A DNA stretch of 64,000 bases from contig NW_003314344.1 in NCBI RefSeq assembly GCF_000143415.4, positions 442,336 through 506,335 on the forward strand. The letters run 5' to 3'. A program made the position numbers and the translations under genes. The notes below the pieces were generated by a model. That model saw only the letters and a program-made list of their open reading frames with translations, had not been told where the DNA came from and did no database searches. This document shows, in pieces, positions 49,278 to 61,381 of the stretch (the first letter of the stretch is position 1; each line of letters begins with the position of its first letter). The stretch comes from Selaginella moellendorffii. Lineage: Eukaryota; Plantae; Lycopodiophyta.

Positions 49278-52200
49278 TTGACTCTATGTTTCTTTGCCTA
49301 CATCGCAAAGGTTATAATAAGGTTTCTATTTCCTCCCTAGAATGTCGTGAGGAAAGATTGATAGAAGTTCGTGGCTACCGATTACTCAACGCTTAATCCC
49401 ATCTATTAACAATGTAGACCTCCCTGATGCCATTGCCATGAAGCAGAGTCTGACGGACAAGAAGAGGATGCCAACCCGCTCAAGAACTTCAATGCGATGG
49501 TGAAGCTCAACCACTGCGAGGAGCTCTCTCAAAACTATCGCCTCCAGGACACAACACAATACCGACTGCAAAGTTTAGACAAGTCCAGAAGTCACCATCT
49601 CGATCCTCAGGGGCTGCTGGGGGCATTCGAAGCGGGCGTACGCAGAGACCCACGACGGCGATCAAACACGAGCTTCGCTTCGTCTCGGTGAGCTCTCCGA
49701 GCCACGTCCAGTAGCCCGGCTCGGGCATGGAATCAAACACTTGCCTGGTTGTCTTCAGAAACGTACATCTTTCAAGGGTATCTCCAAGTTAAAATCGAGA
49801 AAGGATAAAATCTATTTTTACCCCACCCCGTATCAGTAGAAATCAATCAGTTCTGCTTCTCCACCTGACTGAAATACAAGAACGAAATAAGAAATATTGT
49901 GTGTGGAATGACATTAGAGAATAAATTTGTGGTGGGGTAAAGAAAATAATTTTTTTTACCAATTTTGAAAAGAGTAGACATTTGTTTTTAAGGGTTAACC
50001 TTCAAAACAAAGAAACTTTAAAATGCAAAGTGGCTTTTGTTGGGTAGTTAGTTATCCTCACATAAAATGTGTGGTGCCTTTTTAAATTAGTGCCATATAT
50101 ACAATTTTCTACATTTGACTCAATGTCAAATTTTTAAGGGTTTAAACTTTGGGTTAGGGCTTGTAGTTAGATTTTGAATGCCTTTTTTGATGTTAGAGGA
50201 TAAATTACTGAATAAAGGATCTTGCCTCCTTATTTGGAGTGGATTAATTGTAGGTAATAAAAAAACAAATAAGAATAAGGGCAAGGGCAATCTTTTTTTA
50301 ATTAGTTACAAATTTTGGGGTTGGGTGATCTCCCAAAAAATGAAAATTCAAAAACTTACACCAATGTACATTGCACTGATATCTCAATACTATAAGTTAG
50401 GAGGCTAGGAAGGGGTGTATCACCTCAAGAGTGTTATTGTGGTTTAAATGCTTTTCTTGCAACATATGATGTGGGGACCAAAGGAATGCTATAATAAAAC
50501 TATGCTTCTAAACTATAAGAAATGAGCCATAGTTGTGTGAAATAAGAGTAAAGAGATGATCACAATCAAGAGATTATAAATCTGCACTCAATGATACAAG
50601 ACAAAAAATTGTTTGTTAAATTTGTGGTGACCTTATATTGTTTGAGATTAGTTTTGCATAGGATGTCATGCCATGTATATAGGGTATATCCCATGACAAA
50701 AATATTATATACATAATCACATTTTGATTGTTAATATAGCAATTGAAAAGTGATTGTGTGCATAATATTTTTGTATGCAACTCAAAACAAACAATAAATC
50801 TACATATGATAGATAATTTAAGCATTTTAACAAATATACACAATTATATTCATTGCCATACCAAAGAGTTGGTAAGAGAAAAAAACAAAATGGATAGAGA
50901 AATCCATCACATTTGGAATATTCATTCATCCTTTAGAAAAGAAAAAACTATTCTGAAAGAATAATATATTTTATTCCCCTTCAAGGAAAAGGGCTACATA
51001 AATTTATTTAATTTGAGAAAATATAAGTATGTAAATTTTAAAACTTGATTTGCTGTTTAATTATATAGCTTAAGTCAATTCATGCAATAATAATATGTTA
51101 TACGCACCAACACTTGATTTGCTTGTTATTCCTATAAATTAATCCAATTAATCAAATGGAAGTTTATATAATTATAAACATGTTTACAATTTATAAATAC
51201 AAGATTAATCTAAATAAATAACAACCATTAGATAGTAAAGTATTCTAGAATATTTACACTGTTCGTAGAGCATTTCGTATCAAAGCCTATCATGAGGCCC
51301 TGCATTGTCCAGGGCAGTCGGCAATGAGATCCAAGTAGCTCTGCCAGAAGTTTTTCCTTGTTTCTATTGATCACAGTATCAACTGCAGCCTTTTATGTGG
51401 CACTGGTGAGCATTGTCCATGGGATAACCAAACAGTCGACTTTACTTACAATAGACTCGCGACTTGCGACTGATGTGCATCTACCAAACGAACAAACATG
51501 AGCTTTTGTTTTCAGAGTACCTTTCCAGACGCGATGTAGCACAAGACAATGGACAGGTGGTGCGGGCGATGTATCTTGTGGCAAGAAAAGTCGAAGGAGA
51601 AAGAAAACCACAGAAGCCTGCTCGAAGCCGTTCTCCATTCCAGCCTGCAAAGAGACGTAAGGTGGTGCAAATGGGCTCACCTCTTGGATGATGGCATAGG
51701 TAGGGTACAAATTTTGCGAGTGACAAAAACATTTCTTGATCATTCATTATTCGATGACTTACATCCACTTGGAGGCAAGATCCTCCTGTCAACCTGGGCG
51801 AGTGAACGCTAATTCATTATCCAGGATGGAGCCTGATTTACCTTGATACTCTGGAGGATGAATCATCAAATCCACAGCGCCCATAACAAACCCAATTGGA
51901 GCGTATAGTGCCCAATACACTTCCGTGGCTGTGCAATGCCGACAGCTCCTTTTCCTTCCTGTCAAACTTCTAGTTTTAAAACTGATTGATATACTCTTCT
52001 TTAGGTCTAGTATCTATATATCCTGCTTTTCATGAACTGCCACCTTTCTCCGCCCTAAAACTATCAAGGGAACAAGACAAGTGAAAAGGAAAAGGCTAAT
52101 ATCTGAAGCGGATGTGAAATTCTTTTCAGCTCTCACCATAAGCTCGTGAAGCCCCACTCGTGGTTAGGATTTCAATTTTGAGAGCACTCAGCCAATCATC

Positions 52201-52499
52201 CTTGCATCTCTAACTCTCAACACTTTGCTCCAGCTTCCAAATTTCCAAAACCAAGTTACTGGCTCACTGTTATGCCAGTACAATCAGCTGGAAGCTGCGA
52301 GTTCCCAGGTGTGCTCTGGGATCCCTAGGAAATTTCTTTGCATGTGTCACAAACAGTCACAATCATTGATCATTGGGAGGGTGTTTCTAGCATCCACAGG
52401 GAGATTAAATTTCATTAGCCAAGTGATCAGGTATCTGGAGGGAGTGAGACTTTTGTGTCACATCCATATACCCTAGTGTTGCTTCATATTTCTCCTTTT

Positions 52500-52599
52500 N
52501 NNNNNNNNNNNNNNNNNNNNNNNNNNNNNNNNNNNNNNNNNNNNNNNNNNNNNNNNNNNNNNNNNNNNNNNNNNNNNNNNNNNNNNNNNNNNNNNNNNN
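52500..52599. other. Assembly gap (N run)
   Basis: 100 N characters. Confidence 1.
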
Positions 52600-52666
<67 letters not shown>

Positions 52667-52670
52667 ATAT
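52600..52670. repeat. (TA)n/(TATG)n microsatellite
   Basis: Seen directly in the sequence. Confidence 0.95.
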
Positions 52671-52702
52671 GAGGACCTTATATACATATATATAAGGTCC
52701 AA

Positions 52703-54183
52703 GTGTATGGTTACGATGCCATATACTAATATTAAGATAATAAGATTTTGGTAGCTATCAGATTGATTTCAGTCTAGACCACTCACTTCTGTATATAAAC
52801 TAGGGTTTTTGGGCTGATTGTCCTTAAGAAGTGCTTAGATTTGGGATTTTGGTTTAGATTTAGTTTTTGCATTGTCTTGATCTAGCTTTTTCCATTTTCT
52901 TTCTTTTTTTCTTTCTTTTCAGGATTTTAGTTTAGATCTAGCTTTTTGTATTATCTAAATCTCCCTTTCCTTTTAACTATTTTTCATTTTTCTTCTTTTG
53001 CTCTTTTCTTTTCATTCATTTTCATAGTAGATCAGCAATCTTTTCCTCCTTTAACTCTGGAGCAGCAATTGGTACAAATGCTTGATGCTATGTGATTGCA
53101 ATTGAACAACTAAACTCAATTGATGGTGGCATTTACGGCATGTGGTACAACTCCTTGTTTGATCTTATGGGATTTTTTCAATACGACCAATCAGGTTTTT
53201 CCTCTTCAATAATAAAGTAACGATAGTATGATCACCTTCAAATAACATTTGAGAACTATGTAGATATATATGAAGTTTCTCAAAACCCCAGACTATTGCT
53301 AAACACTCATTTTCTATTGTAGAGTGGTTCACTTTCCCTAGTTATAATGTATAACTTATATACGCAATAGTATAGCATTAACTAGGCATACTTGGGCTCT
53401 TTTGCATTAACACACCCCAAAACTAATATCAAAAGCATCCACATGCAAAATAAAAGGTCTGGGAGACACTCCAATCCCCATGACAAACCATTGTACCATT
53501 GCAATACTGTCCTTTAGAAATATATGGGAAACTCACTATATCATCTCAAAAATGATATATAGCAATTACCGTGAAGTGATCGAACCAAAGGTATATATCA
53601 TCCCAAGGATTCCCACGAAAGGACTCCAACCGAACGTGAGGATTGGCACCAAGAGCAGGAGTTGTATCATGTGCCATGAATGCTACCATCAATTGAGTTT
53701 AGTTGTTCAATTGCAATTGTATAGCATCAAGCAATTATACCTACTACTACTCTAGAGTCAAAAGAGGAAGAGATTGCTGATCTGCCATGAAGATGAACGA
53801 AAAGGAAAGAGCAAAAGAAGAGAAATGAAAAAAAGCTAAAAGGAAAAGGAGATCTAGACAATGTAAAAAGTTAGATTTAAACTAAAATCTTAAAAGGAAA
53901 GAATAAAAGAAAGAAAATGAAAGAAGTTAGATCTAGACAATGCAAAAGCTAGATTTAAACCAAAATCCCAAATCCAAGCACTCTTCAAGGATAATTAAAA
54001 ATGCCTCTTAACTCCATTAATGTGAGTGCATGGGATATGGAAAGGGAATACAGAAAATGTGTATGTCAATTAGCCCAAAAACCCTAGCTTATATACAAAA
54101 GTGAGTGGTCAAGATTGAAACTAATTCGACCGTTATTAAAATCCCACTACGCTAATATTAATATACGGCATCATAGCCACACA
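52703..54183. mobile_element. Foldback/MULE-like non-autonomous element with ~450-530 bp diverged inverted arms (52703-53160, 53650-54183)
   Basis: gaccactcacttctgtatataaactagggtttttgggctgattg vs caattagcccaaaaaccctagcttatatacaaaagtgagtggtc; ttgcaattgaacaactaaactcaattgatggt vs accatcaattgagtttagttgttcaattgcaa. Confidence 0.85.
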
Positions 54184-54214
54184 CACACAGACACACAGAC
54201 ACACAAACACACAA

Positions 54215-54265
<51 letters not shown>
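54178..54265. repeat. (CA)n(TA)n compound microsatellite
   Basis: Seen directly in the sequence. Confidence 0.95.
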
Positions 54266-54951
54266 AAATTTATCTTATATATTATGAATTATCTAATTTT
54301 ACTTTAGATTCTCTTTTGCCATATATGGTTTTTAAAGAACCTCATTAATTTTTTTATATTAAAGATTGAATTTAAAATTCTAATGGTTACCTTAAAATTA
54401 TTATATATTTGAATATAATTGCTAGTGACATGTGATTCTTGAAGCTGCAAGGGCAGCACAACTATGATCCCATAAGCTACCAAGAAATCTAGAGGTTGGA
54501 GCTTGAGCCCATAGCCATATGGAACATTTAGAAATGGACAAATTGTGGCCAGTAAAAGTACATGGTACAGTGGTGAAATCCTGCTAAATTGCACTTTGTC
54601 CCCAAATATAAATTTTGAAGAAGAGGATTGAAAAATCTGTAGCAAAATGGCACTGTTAATTTAAAACTCAACCACACTATCAACCAGTCAACAATGGAAT
54701 GCGGTTGGACGGAATTGAACGAGTGACCCATTGTTCGATTTGGTAGGTAAGCTCATCCAGTCAGCGATTTGCCACGTGCCAGTGTCTAATTCGTCCTGAC
54801 GGGGCCCATTGAAGTATAACAAAAAGGGTTTCACGGGAGTGAGGCGACCTCGTTCTTTCAGGCTCTTCCAAGGCGGCGGCAGCGGCATTCGACGCTCTCG
54901 CAGCTCAGATCTCTCTCGATCTCTCTCGATCTCTCGGCGCTATCAAGGTGA

Positions 54952-56714
<1,763 letters not shown>

Positions 56715-57066
56715 AGCGAGCGCGCGTCTCTCCCCGGATCGAACGGGAGGAACCGGGAGGTACTCGAGCAAAAAACTCCGAGCTTTTAATCCTTTTTCGT
56801 TCGTTACTATTTCTTACGAGAGTGGCAATGCCAAGCTCTCGCGTTTTGTCTCACTAAAAGTTTCTTAAAAATAACGATGTTTTGGGCTAAGATTGTTTAA
56901 AGGATAAAAGGTCGCGGCCTTTTAGGTTATTTTAAAGCTGCCCTAAAACGGCGAAGACAGGCTAAAAGGTCGTAATAACTTTTAAGTTATATGCCCTAAA
57001 AGGAGAAAAGGTTCCTTTTCCATTATATAAGCTGTTCAGTAGATTAGGGCAAAGTATTGCGAGAAG

Positions 57067-59883
57067 ATGGGGGGTAAGCGCTTGGATTTCCTCACAGCGA
57101 AGGCGCCGCCCGGCTACGTCGCTGGCTTGGGCCGCGGCGCCACCGGTTTCACCACTCGATCGGATATCGGCCCCGCCAGAGCGGCGCCGGAGACCACCAC
57201 CACCAGCTTTGGGCGGGGCAGGGGCAAAGCGGCGGCGCCGCCTATTGGCGGCGGTGGTGCGGAGGACGAGGAAGATGAGCACGAGGTGAGCGGGTATGGC
57301 CAAATCCAGAACCAAGAGTTTGACGAGTTTGAGGGTAACGATGTGGGGCTGTTTGCCACAGGTGTGTATGACGCCGACGACGATGAGGCCGACGCGGTGT
57401 ATGAGAGCGTCGCCGCCAGGATGGATTCGCGACGCAAGGAGCGACGGGAGGAGCGGCTCAAGCGCGCGATCGAGCAGCGCCGCGAGAGCACTCCCACGAT
57501 CAAGGAGCTCCTGGCAGACGTGACGCGAACTCTGGTGGAGCTGCCCCCGCAAGAGTGGGAGAAGATCCCCGACGCGACGAATCTGTCGCGGCGGAAGAAG
57601 AAGGCGCGGTTTGAAAGCTACGTTCCTCCGCCGGACACACTCCTCGAGAAGGCCCAAAAGGAGCGTAACACGGTCCTGGACCAGGGTGGTGGCGGCGCTA
57701 CCGTGGTTGGCGGCGCCGCTAGTAGTAACATCAGCAGCCTCACAGCCGTGGGCGAGGGACGCGGCACGGTTCTCTCGCTCAAGCTGGATCGCTTGTCCGA
57801 CTCGGTCAGTGGGCTCACGGTCGTGGATCCCCGAGGCTACCTCACCGATCTCAAGAGCATGAAGATCACCAGCGACGCGGAGATCTCCGACATGAAGAAG
57901 GCGCGGCTGCTGCTCAAGTCCGTGATCCAGACCAATCCAAAGCACGCGCCGGGGTGGATCGCGGCGGCGCGGCTGGAGGAGGTGGCGGGGAAGATCACCG
58001 CCGCGCGGAGCGTCATCCACCAGGGGTGCCAGGAGTGTCCGAAGAACGAAGACGTGTGGCTCGAGGCATGCAGGCTGACGAGCGGCGCCGCCGCCAAGGG
58101 AGTGATCTCCGCGGCAGTGAAGGCGATCCCCACGTCGGTGAAGCTGTGGATGGCGGCGGCGGCGCTTGAGGAGGAGAGCGCCGCTAAGAGCCGCGTTCTT
58201 CGCAAGGGGCTCGAGTTTATACCCGACTCGGTGCGGCTGTGGAAGTCGGTGGTGGAGCTGGCGAGCGAGGAGGAGGCGAGGATCTTGCTGGGCCGCGCCA
58301 CCGAGTGCTGCCGCCACCACGTGGAGCTATGGCTGGCGCTGGCGAGGCTGGAGACTTACGACAAGGCGAGGGTGGTGCTCAACCGAGCTCGCGACGCGCT
58401 GCCAACCGAGCCCATGATCTGGATCGCGGCGGCCAAGCTCGAGGAGGCGGCGGGGAATGGCTCTCGCGTGGCGGAGATCATCGACCGCGCTATACGGTCG
58501 CTGGAGAGGCTCGGGGTGGTGATCGACCGCGAGTACTGGATGAAGGAGGCGGAGGCGGCGGAGAGAGCGGCGGCGGCGGGGACTTGCGCGGCGATCGTGA
58601 GGAGGACGATCGGGGTGGGCGTGGAGGAGGAGGACAAGAAGAGGACGTGGGTGGCGGACGCGGAGGAGTGTCTCAAGAGGGGATCGGTCGCGACCGCGAG
58701 GGCGATCTTTGCTCACGTGCTGGAAGAGTTTTCTGGAAAGAAGAGCGTGTGGATCAAGGCGGCGCTGCTGGAGAAGGGGCATGGATCGAGGGAAGCGGTG
58801 GACTCGCTGCTGGAGCGCGCTGTGGGGTGCTGTCCAAAGGCCGAGGTGTTGTGGCTCTTGGGAGCCAAGGAGAAGTGGCTAGCGGGAGACATCGATGGAG
58901 CTCGAGCAATCCTCACGGCGGCATACGTTGCGATCCCGGAGTCTGAGGAGATCTGGCTGGCGGCGTTCAAGCTTGAGTTTGAGAGCCGCGAGCCGGAGAG
59001 GGCCAGGATCTTGCTGGCCAAGGTCAGGGAGCGCGGTGGCTGCTCGGAGAGAGTGTGGATGAAGTCGGCGATGGTGGAGCGGGAGCTGGGAAAGGTGGCG
59101 GAGGAGAGGCGGCTGCTCGAGGAGGGGCTCAAGCGCTTCCCGGGATTCCACAAGCTGTGGCTGATGCTCGGGCAGCTCGAGGAGAGAACTGGGAACCTCG
59201 CCGCCGCGAGGAGCGTGTACGAGCGAGCGCTGGAGAGGTGTGATCCAGCGACGAGCACGCCAGTGTGGCTGGCGGCGGCGGAGCTCGAAGAGAAAGGTGG
59301 CAGGATCGCGAAGGCGAGGGCGCTGCTCACGACGGCGCGGCTCAAGAAGAAGGAGGATCCGGAGCTGTGGCTGGCGGCGATTCGAGCGGAGGCGCGGGCG
59401 GGGAAGTGGAAGGAGGCGGAGGCACTCATGGCGAAAGCGCTCCAGGAGTGCCGGAGGAGCGGGATCCTGTGGGCCGCGAGCGCGGAGATGGCGCCGCGGG
59501 CGCAGAGGAAGGCCAGGAGCTTCGATGCGGTGAAGAACAGCGAGCAGGATCCGTTCGTGGTTGCGGTGGTGGGGAAGTTCTTCTGGCAGGACCGCAAGGT
59601 TGACAAGGCGAGGAGCTGGATCAAGCGGGCGGTGGCGGCGGCGCCGGATATCGGGGACTTTTGGGCGGTGCTGTATCGGTTCGAGCAGGGGCACGGGAGC
59701 ACGGAGGCGATCGAGGAGGTGGTGGAGAGATGCAAGGCGGCGGAGCCGAAGCACGGCGAGCAGTGGATCCGCGTGTCCAAGGCGGTGGAGAATGCGCATC
59801 AAGGGGTGGAGTTCGTGCTAGGAAAGGTGGCGGCGGGGTTTGGGAGGGACGATGGTATCGTCATGCCGAGCTCCAGGCCATAG
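57067..59883 (+). CDS. PRP6: Pre-mRNA splicing factor PRP6 / STABILIZED1 (intronless)
   Basis: YVAGLGRGATGFTTRSDIGPAR, KARLLLKSVIQTNPKHAPGWIAAARLEE, HAT/TPR repeats and EPKHGE.W. Confidence 0.96.
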   Translation: MGGKRLDFLTAKAPPGYVAGLGRGATGFTTRSDIGPARAAPETTTTSFGRGRGKAAAPPIGGGGAEDEEDEHEVSGYGQIQNQEFDEFEGNDVGLFATGVYDADDDEADAVYESVAARMDSRRKERREERLKRAIEQRRESTPTIKELLADVTRTLVELPPQEWEKIPDATNLSRRKKKARFESYVPPPDTLLEKAQKERNTVLDQGGGGATVVGGAASSNISSLTAVGEGRGTVLSLKLDRLSDSVSGLTVVDPRGYLTDLKSMKITSDAEISDMKKARLLLKSVIQTNPKHAPGWIAAARLEEVAGKITAARSVIHQGCQECPKNEDVWLEACRLTSGAAAKGVISAAVKAIPTSVKLWMAAAALEEESAAKSRVLRKGLEFIPDSVRLWKSVVELASEEEARILLGRATECCRHHVELWLALARLETYDKARVVLNRARDALPTEPMIWIAAAKLEEAAGNGSRVAEIIDRAIRSLERLGVVIDREYWMKEAEAAERAAAAGTCAAIVRRTIGVGVEEEDKKRTWVADAEECLKRGSVATARAIFAHVLEEFSGKKSVWIKAALLEKGHGSREAVDSLLERAVGCCPKAEVLWLLGAKEKWLAGDIDGARAILTAAYVAIPESEEIWLAAFKLEFESREPERARILLAKVRERGGCSERVWMKSAMVERELGKVAEERRLLEEGLKRFPGFHKLWLMLGQLEERTGNLAAARSVYERALERCDPATSTPVWLAAAELEEKGGRIAKARALLTTARLKKKEDPELWLAAIRAEARAGKWKEAEALMAKALQECRRSGILWAASAEMAPRAQRKARSFDAVKNSEQDPFVVAVVGKFFWQDRKVDKARSWIKRAVAAAPDIGDFWAVLYRFEQGHGSTEAIEEVVERCKAAEPKHGEQWIRVSKAVENAHQGVEFVLGKVAAGFGRDDGIVMPSSRP

Positions 59884-60030
59884 CGAGCTCGATCTCGATC
59901 CAGGGGCTCTGTAAAAAAACGATTTTGGCATGGAGGAGAACGATGGGATCGTCATGGCGAGCTCCAGGCCATAGCTAGGCTCGATCTCGATCCGGAAGCT
60001 TTGCAAAAAGAGATTTTGGCATGGAAGAGA
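59849..60030 (+). repeat. Tandem duplication, 2 x ~91 bp, spanning the PRP6 stop codon
   Basis: acgatgg.atcgtcatg.cgagctccaggccatagc..gctcgatctcgatcc...gattttggcatgga.gaga occurs twice. Confidence 0.88.
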
Positions 60031-60521
60031 TCTTCAATTCTTGACTCTTTCTTCTTCTTGCGGGGGAAACTCTACTGCCCTCTGGGCGTTGCGGATCTCC
60101 GAGGGGCCGGGGGTCTTCAAAGTCGATGGCATTCCTGAGAGTTCCTGAGATCGAGGAAGAGGTGGAAGATCATCCTGGGAGAAACTTTTGGAGAAACCAT
60201 ACCTGGAGGAGATGGAGTCTCAGCTGGCTGGGAGTAACGCTCTCGCCGATGCAAGTCATGGCGAATGGAGAGTAGTGCGTCAATGCGTGCGCCGCCGCTA
60301 ATCTCCTCTCTTCTGCCTGGAAAGTGGAGAAATTTGCAAAGGATCGCCGCCAGCATCACCACTTACCTCGCTGGAGCTCTCCATTCTCCACGATTTCTTC
60401 CAACCCTAGAAGAAGAAACTAGGAAAATATTGTCTTTCTCAAGCTTTGTTTGATCCAAAAACTCCATTTTTTACAAAAACTAGGAACAAAATGTCGTTCG
60501 ATCGATTGATCTATTGGAGGA

Positions 60522-60935
60522 TCACGAACTGGAGCTGTTCTGCCGCGCGTAGGAATTCACATTGGTGGGCTTGTAGAGCGTGATTGGATCGCAGCGGCAG
60601 ATCTTGCAGCGCCGCTTGTTGGTGTTCCTCATGCTCCTCTCGCGGCCACTACAAAAGCACAGGCAAACGCAGTGGCATTTGCAGTGGCATCCATTCCTGG
60701 ATTGGCAATTGCAAGAGGGGCAGTGGCACGTCGGGCACCGGCAGTGGCACACGCAAAAGCAAGAGCATCCGCAAGCGCAGCCGCAGGCGTGGAGCTGGCA
60801 GTGGCAATTGCAAAACGGGCGGCAGTGGCAGATTTTCTCCGACGACGCCGCCGATTCCACCTCCTCGCCATCGCAGCCCAGAGATTTGCGCCGCTGCAGC
60901 TCCGCCTCGATCTCCTGCCGGTGCTGATCACACAT
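60522..60935 (-). CDS. Putative Cys-rich (CxC-repeat) metal-binding protein, 137 aa (alternative ATG at 61025)
   Basis: 30 Cys, mostly as uninterrupted CxC runs, in an open frame with ATG and stop. Coding status unproven. Confidence 0.5.
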   Translation of the reverse strand: MCDQHRQEIEAELQRRKSLGCDGEEVESAASSEKICHCRPFCNCHCQLHACGCACGCSCFCVCHCRCPTCHCPSCNCQSRNGCHCKCHCVCLCFCSGRERSMRNTNKRRCKICRCDPITLYKPTNVNSYARQNSSSS

Positions 60936-61381
60936 CTTGGCACGGAGATTGCATCGCGCGCCCCGCCAAATCCCCTTTTCACGGAGGAGCCCTAGGTTTG
61001 ACGGCTGGGATCTCCGCTCGCGCATCCGCGCCGTCCGTTTGATCCAGCCAATTGGCGCGTTTGTGCCGATGGGATATTCCCTCCTCCTCCTTGCGGTGAC
61101 GCGGACGTGTGCGGCAAACGAAGAAAAGACATATCGATCGTGTATGTGTGGGAATTTGTAGGGTTTTCATTCCATGGTGGAGTTTGGTCAGGGGATTCGT
61201 GTGGAAGGCGCGGCCAGGGCGAGGAGTTGGCGATTCCATTGCGCGTTGTCCATTGTTTCGCAATGAGCGCAAGGAATCTCGCACAGGGATTTCTCCGGTT
61301 CTTTTTTTTTTCTTCCTCCTCTTCTTCGATCCTCCGATCAGCTCACAGCCGCTCGGCTTGGATCGCCCGGCAGGTCTGAGA

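Larger units (their letters stand above)
46720..51233. mobile_element. Large foldback (long inverted-repeat) element; arms ~46720-48571 and ~49891-51233
   Basis: 46721 atctaatggttgttatttatttagattaatcttgtatttataaattgtaaaca is the reverse complement of 51181-51233. Inverted homology continues collinearly (e.g. 47520-47640 vs 50360-50480) to 48571/49891. Confidence 0.9.

Noticed and set aside
46969-50964. Similar AT-rich ORFs at 46969-47383 and 50616-50964
   Set aside because: They mirror each other only because they lie in the inverted arms; composition is non-coding.
51290-52490. Short ORFs between the foldback and the assembly gap
   Set aside because: No motif or coherent gene model could be built.
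56962-59802. Long minus-strand ORFs (452, 355 and 307 aa)
   Set aside because: Antisense shadows of the GC-rich PRP6 gene.
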